NCBI GenBank assembly: GCA_002633005.1
Contig: NMRA01000240.1
Coordinates: forward strand, 364,021-428,020
DNA: 64,000 bases
Source of the DNA: Phoronis australis
Taxonomy: Eukaryota; Animalia; Phoronida
Direction: 5' to 3'
This document shows, one piece after another, positions 25,668-37,005 of this stretch. Under the pieces are notes generated by a model, which saw nothing but the letters and a program-made list of their open reading frames with translations, was not told the origin of the DNA and searched no databases. Every line of letters starts with the position of its first letter. The stretch's first letter is position 1. The translations under genes were made by a program, and so were the position numbers.

Positions 25668-26621
25668 ATGCCTCGTCAGTCAGCTCGTCCATCCAACTCA
25701 CCGTATTCTCGCCCTCCACCGGCACACCCTCGCTCCTCTACATCGTCCTCGACTCCGCCCTCTGCACCAGCGCCGGAGGTATCCACCGTAGTCTCGTCGG
25801 TTATCCAGCAACTTCGCCAGGATCCATCTCTCCTCTCCGTGCCGCCGTCGGTCTCAGCGCCCCTGCCAGCTGCTCCGTCGGTCATCACTGTACAGCCTCC
25901 TCCGTTGCATGCCTCTGCCTTCAACCGTCCATCCGCCGACCAACGACCAGCCGTTCCCCATCACTCGGTCTCGGCTACCGACATTTTACCGTTAGGTTTT
26001 AATGTCGATGATAGGGTCCGCAGCATGATTGTTTCGAATCAATTTGTTGATTTTTATTCCCTACTTCGCCCTCAACATCCATCTTCCTCGACGTTATCTC
26101 TCACCGTCCAAGACGGCCAATAGATCCTTACTTCCACTCCGAAGTCAAAATCCCTCCAGTCCTGTCACGAGTGGTGCATGGCATTTCTCGTTTACCATGA
26201 GCATTCATACTACCGCCCACCCCCACTAGTCTCCCCACCTTTGCAAATACGCCCACACCATCCTTACCTTCATCTCAACCTTTGGTATTCACCACGCCAT
26301 GTACTACGACCAGCAGTTCCGCAAACTCCGCGCCCGTTTCCCTTCCCACGCCCCTTGGCACTCCATCAATCAGGAGCTGTGGGTTCAGACCTCCCTCAGG
26401 TCCCACCAATCCCCCTCCCCCAAACCACCTCTCCTCATCGCACCCCTAGCTACTGCTGGTCCTACAACTCCCACACCTGCCCTAAGCCCCCCACTCAGTG
26501 TCCCTACCTCCATGTCTGCTCCTCCTGCAATGGAAAGCACCCGGCTAAGTCTTGTCGCAGGCAGCCCTACACGCCCGCTTCTACCCCTCCTCCTCCCGTT
26601 AAGCCGTGCAGACGAATTTAA
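25668..26621 (+). pseudogene. Disrupted DIRS/Ngaro gag-like ORF1
   Basis: Pro/Ser-rich N-terminus, LPLGFNVDDRVRSMIVSNQFVDFYSLL, EWCMAFLVY, YYDQQFRKLRA...WHSINQELW, and the C-terminal YCWSYN..CP....CPYLHVCSSCNGKHPAKSC finger. Stop at 26121 and frameshifts. Confidence 0.68.
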
Positions 26622-27376
26622 TCTTCCGTCCCCCAACCACTCCTCTCCTCCGTTTTGACCATTCTTGCCTGCAATTCCCTTCCCTCCCCGTTTTCAGTAT
26701 TGCCTGCCCCTTGTCCTACCGTAGCCCTTCGGTGTCAGTATTGCCTGCACCTTTTTCTCCTCTATCCCCTGCCTCCTCCCATCCCTCCCCCATCCCCTCC
26801 CTCTGGCATTGGTATTGCCGGTAATATCTAGGATATTTCTTTTTAGCTTTTCTGTTGTTGTAATACCTTCCGTGGGTGTTTTTAGTTTCCCCACGTTGTT
26901 CCTAGTTTGTACTCATTCGGCTTACTGCCTATGTTATTGTTCAGTTTACCCACTTCTCTCAGTCATCTGTTAGCCATATTTTATTACTTTTCTCCGTTCT
27001 TGTTAGTCACTTTGTATTATTTCTCCAGTTTACTTAGGGTTACTAGTTTCTTTTCTCAGTTAATTAATACTGTTATTTTGTTTATATCGTNTAGACAGTT
27101 GTAGGTAGTTAACATGTGTAGATACCTTAAATGTATTTTTGTATTCATTCATTTCAGAAAGTTGTTGGCTTGCATGAGAAAGTAAGTCAAGTGGGGATGC
27201 CGAAAAGTCTGCACCCAGTGGTCCATATTGTGCCCGTGACTGTAGAGGGAATTGTCAGTGGTGCTGTCGGATTATGCATGGCGCCATTAACTTCAGCATC
27301 TTTGGTGCTACTATCAGAGACCCTAGATAGGGAGACAGTCCACCTAGCGAAATCCCATCGGACGGCCACTGGTGGA

Positions 27377-29624
27377 CATTGTTGTTTCATGGACTGTAGC
27401 CACGTCTAGCGAGTGTGCGTACAATAAACAAATGTGGCAAGATATCAGGGCTCCCGTCAGTAAAAAAAGCAATGGTGCTTTTTGCACTGCCTACGGCTGC
27501 AGCAACAGTTCATTGAAAATTCGTGACTCATGCTTTTTTGCTTCCTCAATGATTAAGATAGGTGATGTTCATGATTGAAACAGAGGATATTTCTGCGTGA
27601 ATGTCTTGCCAGTCATTCAGTGATGGACTGGGTGTCTTTACTGTTTCCTGCATTTGATTGCTGATATAGAAAATTGTCATAAATTGTTTGCATGATTTTG
27701 GAAACTACTGATTAGTTTATTCTATGCCCATTGATGCTTCGAATTACTTTTTCATTTTGTTCTGCAGTCTTAATACATTCAGATCTAAAAGATAATTATA
27801 TTTACTATTATTTACTAATTCTATTATTGTTTTTTATCATATATTTGTTATTCTTGATTATTTATTATTGTTTATTTGCTATTACTTATTTAAATTATTT
27901 CTTGTGATCCCATACAGTCAACATCCTGGCTGTCGTTGATCAATTATCTGTATAACATGATCATGATATGTACTTCAGTGCATAATAACTATTATGTTTA
28001 TGGTTTGGTAACCTACTTGATTATTTGCCATAGGAAGTGGTGAAGGAAGTGTTCTTTTAAAGGCACATTTAGCCATACATCTGTGGACACTTCGGTGGTA
28101 TGTGTATTACCTTGGAAACTTGTTAAACTTCAGTGACGATGTTGTTTGTTTATATTTTTGTTTTGACATGGGTTTTAAACCATCAAGTCAAGAAATAAGG
28201 CGTCATATTATTTACTGTGAAGTTGGCCTGCCAACGCAGGCTGAATATGCCTTTAACTAACTGCTGATAGTTGATTTAAAAATGTGAGTGATTTATGAGA
28301 GCTGGAAATCATAGTAAAAAATATCCAAAATGGATTGCATATTCAATAGGCATCTTGGCTGTTTTATGGGGGCATACAAGGCAGGTTTACTGGACTTCAG
28401 GCAGGAATTCCATCTCTTGCAGGTTTGGAACCCGTACCCCTCTTGCCTCCAGTTTCATTCACCACAACCCACCCCAATGCGCTACCCTTTTCAGATACCA
28501 TCGGGCACGGATGCTTGGGGTCCAGTGACTCAGTCCCAAGTAGCGACTCCACTGTTGCCTAAAACTACTACGTTTTTGGGAGTTTTCTACGTTGAATTCT
28601 CAATGATTGAAAATAAGTAGGGATCTTTTCATGCAATGCACCTAATTTAAGGACTAAGTCCCTAAATGTTTTGACTGGATTAAGAGCTCAGTTTTTAGTT
28701 ATATTATTATAAAACATCATAAGTCAAAATAGGAGTTCATAATAAATATAAAATGATAGAAAAATATAAAAACTGTGAGTAAAGAACAAAAAAATGCCAA
28801 AAAGATTTACCAACTCAGTTGAGTACAGGCAGATCCAGGGTGGCAGGTTAAAGGGGTCTGGACCCCCCATTTTCCTTGATTGTAGTGATATCAATGCTAG
28901 AATTTTCAAATTGTTGACTTGGGCCACCTTTCTTAAAAAATCATTATCCGACCCCCCCTTTAAAAAATCCTGGATATGGCCCTGTTGGGTCGATATTTGG
29001 GACAGTTTTATGTAACTGGGCACAGACACAACTGCTTGATTCTAGAACGTTTTTAAGATATGAATTTTCGAAAGAAAGATCTACTAATTTCTCCATTTCA
29101 TTTAAAACAAAGTTTGTGTGCTAAAAGCTTACATAATTAATTGTTACTTAATTGATATTAACACCTGGAATATTGGGGGAAGAAAGCTATCTTTGCCCCC
29201 AACCTTTCAATTGGTTGAGGGGCAGCCCCCACTCCTATCTCTTCTTCAGCAGATCCATTTGATGTTTATTACATTCCTGACCCCCCTGGACAAAATCCTA
29301 CAGGTTTGGTACATGCACATTCTCCAATAACCTACTTTCATCAGCTCAGCTCTTATTACTGAGTCTCCCTCTTGCTTATGATTTATTTCTCGTAATTTAT
29401 ATTACCTTTGCTGCCCAAATTTTTTCTTGGTTTACTCTATATTTTGCCTATGTGTATTTTTTCATTACAGTGCTCGTGTTTTTTGTTTTCAGTTTTTTAA
29501 ACAAAGACACTTCACTGACAATTTTGAATTTGGCAAACTAAGATTGGCCATAGTGAATGCCTTGCGTACTTCGTTGGCCCACACACACCCGCTAGGTGTC
29601 GCCACGGTCCATGACACAATAATG
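27377..29624 (+). mobile_element. THAP-bearing TIR DNA transposon remnant nested in the Ngaro-like element
   Basis: ~41-bp imperfect inverted repeats (27377-27417 CATTGTTGTTTCATGGACTGTAGCCACGTCTAGCG; 29584-29624). Just inside the left repeat is the THAP N-half GAFCTAYGCSNSSLKIRDSCFF..KDR followed by the donor AG/GTGATG (~27473-27560). The true ends may lie slightly further out. Confidence 0.6.
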
Positions 29625-30334
29625 GCGGCGGCCTTGGTGAATAGTCTTGTTAGCGTCTTTGGTTATATCAAGGAGTGTACACTCCTTGGTTATATTTCCT
29701 GCCATCAGTACTTCGCTTTGCAGCACTTAGGTTCGAGCTAATCTCTCTTCATTTTCCCCACCCTCTACCGCCCTCTTTATTTAAATAGCATTGGGACTCC
29801 ACCGCGTGGCTGAGCACCAAATAGGGGTGATTTGTATTTTATCACGGAAGAAATTATGTCGGCCATCGACAAATGACTCCACGATCGAAAGTAAAACATT
29901 GCAACAAACACTATACACTACACTGAATTTCGACATCATGTAAAAATTTCTTCAAAAAGTTACCACTATGCGAGTAATCTGTCTTACATCTTGACACCCG
30001 TCTGCTTTTCGCTTGTAGCGATCATGAGAGTAAACACAGGCTTTAGTGAACGAAAGTTTTTTATAATTAGTTTTTGTTTCCTGTGGTCCCGCTTTTTGCA
30101 GTTACCTTAATAAATACACCACTTTTGTCACCAATTGTGTACTTCGATTTTCGTGGTGCAATTTTTAACATCTTGTTGTCCAGTTGTTTGGATTTCCCAC
30201 CCGAGTACTTGAACTAGGAGGGAAAAGCTGCATGGATGATTGTACCTCCATTTTTAAGGTCCTGTCTCGGTTTTTGGCCCACTTTCCGAGTAAAATTTGT
30301 CTTTTACATGGGTGTTCAGCGCAGTACGATTGTT

Positions 30335-31363
30335 GGTTTTAAATCAGTTTAAGCCGATACCTTGAAAATCTAACTGTCTCAAAAATGGCAAACCGTGGTT
30401 GAGATTGAGGGTTTCTGCCAGGCACAATCCACAGTGTATTTTGTCTGCCGGTCATAGGACATTTAGTGACCTGTGACATGTATTGAATCTCATGTAATTG
30501 TTTTTTGTGGTATCTCGAATGCATGTGCTAGCTCATTTTTGGGGGGTCCATTTTTGGTTTCTGCAGGACCCATTCCAGAGTGCAATTTGTCTGTCATGGG
30601 TAATTTGGTGTTCAGTGCGGTACTATTGTTCGTTTTAAATCAGTTTTGGCCGGTACCTCGAAAATCTAGTCTAGCTCAAATTTTGATGGCATACCGTGGT
30701 TGAGATTTTTGGGGGTTTCTGCCGGGAACAATCCAGAGTGTAATTTGTCTGTTATAGGGCATTTAGTGATCTGTGACATGTATCAAATCATACGGAATTG
30801 GTTTTGTGTGGTACCTCGAATGTATGTGCTACCTCATTTTTGGGGGGTCCATTTTTGGTTTCTGCCGGACATATTCCAGAGTGCAATTTGTCTGTCATGG
30901 GTCATTTGGTGTTCAGTGCGGTACTATTGTTCGTTTTAAATCAGTTTTGGCCGGTACCTCGAATATCTAGTCTAGCTCTTAGTAAGNTGCCGGTCATAGG
31001 ACATTTAGTGACCTGTGACATGTATTGAATCTCATGTAATTGTTTTTTGTGGTATCTCGAATGTATGTGCTAGCTCATTTTTGGGGGGTCCATTTTTGGT
31101 TTCTGCCGGACCCATTCCAGAGTGCAATTTGTCTGTCATGGGTCGTTTGATGTTCAGTGCGGTACTATTGTTCGTTTTAAATCAGTTTTGGCCGGTACCT
31201 CGAATATCTAGTCTAGCTCTTAGTAAGGCCCCCAGGAGTCACGCCCAGAGTGCAGACAACGGCAGACGTCCATTTCTGTACCGTACTGAGGTGGACTTTA
31301 AATGCTCACGTGGTCAAATGGTACCTCGTTCATCTATGCTAAGTGCTCTGGGCTGCCGGTCTA
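30335..31363. repeat. Right inverted arm of the Academ-type element
   Basis: Reverse complement of 22444-23460. It has one extra unit after the N at 30987. Confidence 0.88.
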
Positions 31364-33852
31364 TTAGAATGTAGCCACAGGGCATTTTCTAGTCCCCTAG
31401 AGTTTAAATACAGAGCGTGTGTCAACCTCGGCAGGAGGTTTGAGGAATCTGATGAAAAAAATTGCCAGGAAAGTGATTTGCTTGTGTTTTTGAATGAGAA
31501 AAGCCAAGTTTTTTAGCCGTGACCGACTTCCATGCAAAATGGTGGCTGTCGCTTGCTTTCAACACCTGTCGCCTGCTGACTGAGAAAACGGTGCAATTTC
31601 AGGTGGCTGTCACTGAGACAGATCCAAATCGCGAAAAAATTAGCTGGTAAGGGGCGTACTATCACCACATCTTTAGAATCTAGAGAGAACGAGAATTCTG
31701 AATCTGTAGTCAGATTTTCCCTAGCACTTGCAGGGTAGTAGTAAATTAGGGGACAAACGGCCAAATTTGGTATTTTTGGTCCTATTTTTGCGTGCCGGTA
31801 TTTCCCCCGATGTGAATTAGCTGATTAAAAATCTGTAGCAGAAATAAGTTTCAGTTATCATTAGCAGTGCTTTTGAGTTGGGAACGCCAAAATACCTTTT
31901 GTTTTTTTCAGACTTTTGATATGGACTCGTCTCCACTTGGATGTGTGTCGGCAGCCAAAACCCTGTCCTAACTGTAGTGTGCCCCCTAATGTGTGCAAGG
32001 GTGTGAATTAGAGTCTGAATATAATGTGAAAGCGACTCCAGGGGCTGTGCTTATATTTCAGAAAAAAATAACTGTCAGAGTTCTGGTTTTGGAATTGTGG
32101 ACATTCGAAGTAGTGAACTTTCGAAGGTGGCGAACCTTCGGAGTAGGCCTACAGTGGACCTTTAGAGTAGCGAACCTTCGGAATAGTGGCATGTAACCTT
32201 GGGAATCTTTTCCATCAAATTAGTTGCTCGCATGAAGTCTGTGAAGCTGTGCACCATTGACACCATTAGCAAGAGAAGTCTATCTTCATTCACCAAAATT
32301 TTTTATTGGGTCAAGTCGTACTTTTCCCCAAAAATGTGAACATGCTAATCGGTATTTTTTTTCAGTGCACTACTGAAAACACGATTATAGTTAAAATCTG
32401 GTTTTTGAGCAACGACGGAGGGCTGCCTGTAGTTAACATACCGTCGGCTTCTACTGAATTTTAAAGGACGGAAACGCACACACGTGTACACATATGCACG
32501 TCAATCCACCAATCCACAATCGAAGTGAACACTGGATGAAAAACATACCTGTACTTCTTGACGAACACTTGCAATTCCAAATTCAAAACGCCTGTCTTTG
32601 CCGTACTATGCCAGCAAGCAATATCAATCAGATAACAAGCCTATTTTCTGCTGTTTTGCTACTTGGTCGATTTTAAGGCATTCACGCCTCACTACTTTTT
32701 GGAGCTCTCTCACTGCTATAGCTCAAGGTACAGAAATTTATTTCTAGACTCCCTTGTTACTCTATGGTGTAACCACTGCGTGTGTTCAATGCCGATGAAT
32801 AACAAAGCCTCCTCTAATCGCCTGCATAATTCTGTCATCTACGCACTCGGGCGATGAATACGTGAAGCGCTTTGAATCAAGCAAATTCAAAATTTTTACA
32901 AACTCAGTTATCATTGTAGTTAGGAGTACCAGTAGCTGCCACAGTTTTGCTGTTGTCCATCTGCATCCTATCTTTAACGGACAGCTGGGGCTGGACCTTT
33001 TCCGCGGAGGGAGGTTCGATCGAACCCCACCCCCGATACGGGCCTGGGAACTAAGTTCAGACCAATTTTTATCGGTAAATGGTTTAAATCATGGTTTTCC
33101 AGCGAAACGTGGGTTTACGGCCACTTTATTTACTTGCAGTGAGGAGATAAGACTAAAACGCTGAGAAAATATTTATATTCAGAGTAACAGACTACTAAAC
33201 ATAACTTACAATTTAAAAATTATCTTTCGTTATAATAATAATAATAATAATCAGCGGCATACCTATAGCTAGACTGTTTGTTGCAAACCTAATGATCCTA
33301 CAGGTAAACCAGCTATAAAACCCGCATTCCCATAACAACACTTACTTTTAATTTAGACAATTTGAAAATAGGTCTCAAGCTGTTCCTTAGTCAAACTAGA
33401 CACTTTAGAACTTCCAAATAACTGGCAGCTCAGTATCGCTTGAGAACAGGCACTAAAATGTGGTTGTAATAGTCAGTATTTTGCAAGGCCACAAATCACA
33501 TGAAGTAAGGAACAAGCTGAGAACACCTTCATAGGGAATGTGGTTAATACTAAAAGTTGGATATTTTTACAAAGACAGTTTGCACAGCTTAAAAGAAAAA
33601 ATGTCACCCGTAAGTGCATCCATGTTGGTGTGAGAATCAACAGGAGATTAATTGAGGAACTTGGTAATGACTGTAGGTCAAAGGTTTCCACATGCAGTCC
33701 CGTACACCGATGTTTCAGATATTGGTGCAGGTGTGTGTCCTTTGCACAGGGTCATGCCATGTTGTGAAAACAGGTACACTCATCCAGCATACAGCCTCTA
33801 CACCTATCATTCACAAGATTGTTCCAAGGCATTCCACAAGTCAAGAAAAAAA

Positions 33853-34094
33853 CAGTTGAGAATACTGTCAACATAGATGGCCTGTACCTATATCCTGAGC
33901 ATCACTTTCAAACAGTTGAGAATACTGTCAACATAGATGGTCTGTACCTATATCCTGAGCATCACTTTCAAGCAGTTGAGAATACTGTCAACATAGATGG
34001 TCTGTACCTATATCCTGAGCATCACTTTCAAGCAGTTGAGAATACTGTCAACATAGATGGCCTGTACCTATATCCTGAGCATCACTTTCAAGCA
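33853..34094. repeat. 60-bp tandem repeat, 4 copies
   Basis: Unit CAGTTGAGAATACTGTCAACATAGATGG(C/T)CTGTACCTATATCCTGAGCATCACTTTCAA(A/G). Confidence 0.97.
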
Positions 34095-36659
34095 TAGTCG
34101 TACTCACACGGTTGCATTTGGGCATTTGTATTATTTCGAGCATAGATCCAGCTTCATAAATAGTCCCATCGCCCTAAAAACACGCATATAGGCTATTCGG
34201 TCAGAAACAAGGAACACTAGGAAGTGTTACATGTACAGTACATCTACCTCGCAATCATGTTGACCATGCCCTCTACAGAAACATACATCATTCTGTCAAA
34301 ACTTTCAGGATCCCAGAGGTTTGGCCCAACTGCACTTCAAAGGGTATGCTCCCAAGGGAGTTTATCAGTATCACAACACTACATCACTAGGAGGCACAGA
34401 ATATGCCAAACAAGCCTGAAAATGAGAAGGGATTGCACTCTACACTCCCTGAATGAAGGCTGTTTCGAAATTTCGTGTTGAAACATGGGTAAACAGGTTT
34501 CTGGTAGCTGCTCACGCAAGGGATGGGAGCAAATGATAATAAATTTCACCAGCCTTTCAATTTCATTGAAACACAAATTTTGTATGCAGTTGTCTAAGAT
34601 TGGCAAAGACCACCTAGTGCACTTCACTGTTTGGGGGATGGATGATGGAAAGTTTTCAGAATTTCAGCCAGCATCTTAACTCACTGGAGCATCATCATTT
34701 TCTTACAATATTAGCTCCTCATTACCACAAGATTGCTGTGGCTTACTCGATTTTTGAAGATAAATAAACATGTACATGTATATCAGACACCAACGACACG
34801 TTGAGTCATTACATGGCATCACAATTTGAAAACTACTAAAGGAACACCCAGTGCCTCCCTCAGGTTAACTGCAGGCTCTGTATTTGGAAGGATTTTTTCA
34901 CATCAGTAATTCACTGAAATTGTTACGCATTTACACTCATACTTGACAGGCAATCAGGAGAGCAAGGGAGACAGAGCATCCCATGGGGGATTGGGGGCAT
35001 ATCCTCGGACATTTTCAGTCTTTATTCAGTCTGTTAGCATGAATTCTGGTTCATTCCAGTGGCAGCTTGTTATGGTTCATCAGTTAATCTTGCACTCAAA
35101 GGGTTGTACAGAAATGTTTGCTTATGATTGCCAGTACGTGAACTTTCAGCACTTTAATCCGAAAGACATGAACACCGACAGAATATCACACCCTCACAGT
35201 CTGACTGGCATGAGGGAGTTTCCTATAAATCCCTCTCTTCATGAACAATGCTTTCCTACTGACAATGTCCAAAACATATTATTTATTCTTGGATTTTTTA
35301 TTCCTTAACTATCAAGATTATTCTGGAGAAATTCAGACACACTTAAAGTTCTTCAAACTCCATCCTTTTGATGGTGGCCAATGCTACATGTATTTTGCTT
35401 TTTTCAACAGTCTCACATTTTTGAATGTTTGGGTCACATCTTGAAATTACTGTGCTTCTCATGAACGTATTTCAGTTTGTGGTTTTCTCGATCGATTTGA
35501 AGTACCAGACCTTAGCAATAGTTGACAGTGCAGGATTTAAAGGGGAACACGGGGCAATTGACCCTCCAAGAAAGGACCCATCGGAAAGGGGAGCTCTTAA
35601 TGTCATTACTCAAGGATATATCACTACACAAGTGTAAAAGAGTGACAGTTAATTTTATCACATAGTGACCCTCCACGAGGTGACATTCCTTAAAATAAAA
35701 GATTGTAACATTTCACAAAGAGAGAATACAACATAAAATTGATTCCTTCATTGGGCCAACCCCCATGAACAGTCTTAAGAAAAACGGAAATAAAACGAGA
35801 AAAAAATGCAATGGATGCCAGAGGGAAAATGTAACAATGAAAGGATAATAAATTAGGTGATCATACGAACAGGAAATGAGTAGCAATTGACATTGTCATT
35901 AGGCCCCCTCCCTCTGTCAAATTTATTTATTTATTATATACAATTAAAAAACAGACAAAGAGAGTGACAGATGACTCCATTATCCCCTGCAAGAGAAAAC
36001 ACCCAAGAGAAACCTTTGTTTGTCTTGAATCTGAAAAATTCCAACCAAAGTGATTACGCCCCTAACAACTGCTCCAAACTGGAGACACACAACATCGCGG
36101 TGGCCTATTCCTTGCACTAACATATTTTTTCAAACTGGAAAAATCCAAGCTTATGCCTCACCATCTGTGAACCAAACTGGTTAGGGCATAAACCTTGTGT
36201 GTTCCAAACCAGAGTTTAACTGGTGATCGTTTAGTTACAACTTTCCAACTTGATAAAGAGGTAAACATAACAAACAACCAGTGAGGGTACAGCGGTATGA
36301 AAGTTGTTGTCAGCTGCTGTTATCTTGATAGAAACACATCTGCCAAGTCAAGTGAAGATTCTGCAAGGGATTTAGGAGATACAGAAGCAGACGCAAGTCA
36401 ACAGATATTCAGACAGAGGTAGCACCAATATGCATCCATTACATAAAATAAGAGCTATAAATTGTGGAATGTAACTTACTCTTTTCTCTTTGACAGAGAA
36501 CTCAATGGTGTGGGTGATGCTGGAGACATTTGACAAAGATGTGGGAACCAGTCACGAAAGGATGTGTAATCTAGGCAATAGCACCAATGGCTAGCTTTCT
36601 GGTATTGGCTCTCCTAGTGTATGTCGTCAGATGTTTATACTGGACAACATTTGACCTCA

Positions 36660-36692
36660 GTGATGATGACGATGATGATGATGATGATGATG
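36660..36692. repeat. (GAT)n microsatellite downstream of the RPP21 stop
   Basis: TGATGATGACGATGATGATG... run. Confidence 0.85.
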
Positions 36693-36871
36693 ACTAGCAT
36701 ACTGACCCCATATTAAACTTGTTGTGGACAGAAACTAGCAACCAGTTGTCACTGAACCATGGGTTGGTTTATTGTCAGCTGTGAACAATTCTGTAAATCT
36801 ACATAAATGTCCCATAGACAGGTCCTTCACTTGTACACCTCCGTCAGCAAATTCATGTTATTCTTCAGGCA

Positions 36872-37005
36872 TTACCTGTGAGCACTAACTTCTGTGACAG
36901 TCCCATCCGAATTATCTGTCCACAGACAATGACCGTCTCTAGCAGGGAACCTCTTCACAGCATTGCACGTAATACACGTAACTAATACATGTTTTTCTCT
37001 GTGAG
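36872..37005 (-). CDS. RPP21: Ribonuclease P protein subunit p21, coding exon 4 (last)
   Basis: Acceptor TTTTCAG. Reads (A)HREKHVLVTCITCNAVKRFPARDGHCLWTDNSDGTVTEVSAHR*, containing the second CxxC of the Rpr2/Rpp21 zinc ribbon and RF. Phase matches exon 3. Confidence 0.9.

Larger units (their letters stand above)
25270..29754 (+). mobile_element. DIRS/Ngaro-like tyrosine-recombinase retrotransposon remnant bounded by identical 66-bp direct repeats
   Basis: GTTATATTTCCTGCCATCAG...CTCTCTTCATTT is identical at 25270-25335 and 29689-29754. The strand is strongly C/T-skewed and carries a gag-like ORF. RT and recombinase were not detected. Confidence 0.6.
22444..31363 (-). mobile_element. Academ-type DNA transposon derivative (8.9 kb) with ~1-kb inverted arms and nested insertions
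   Basis: Starts TAGATCGGCAGCCCAGAGCACTTAGC and ends GCTAAGTGCTCTGGGCTGCCGGTCTA. TTA is duplicated at 22441-22443 and 31364-31366. An internal transposase-like C-terminus lies on the minus strand. TAG...CTA ends with a 3-bp TSD fit Academ. The element spans two N joins. Confidence 0.78.

Noticed and set aside
30473-31374. Cluster of similar 65-119 aa ORFs (and their mirror images at 22583-23107) as a small-protein family
   Set aside because: They are translations of the tandem subrepeats in the transposon arms, with no coding signature.
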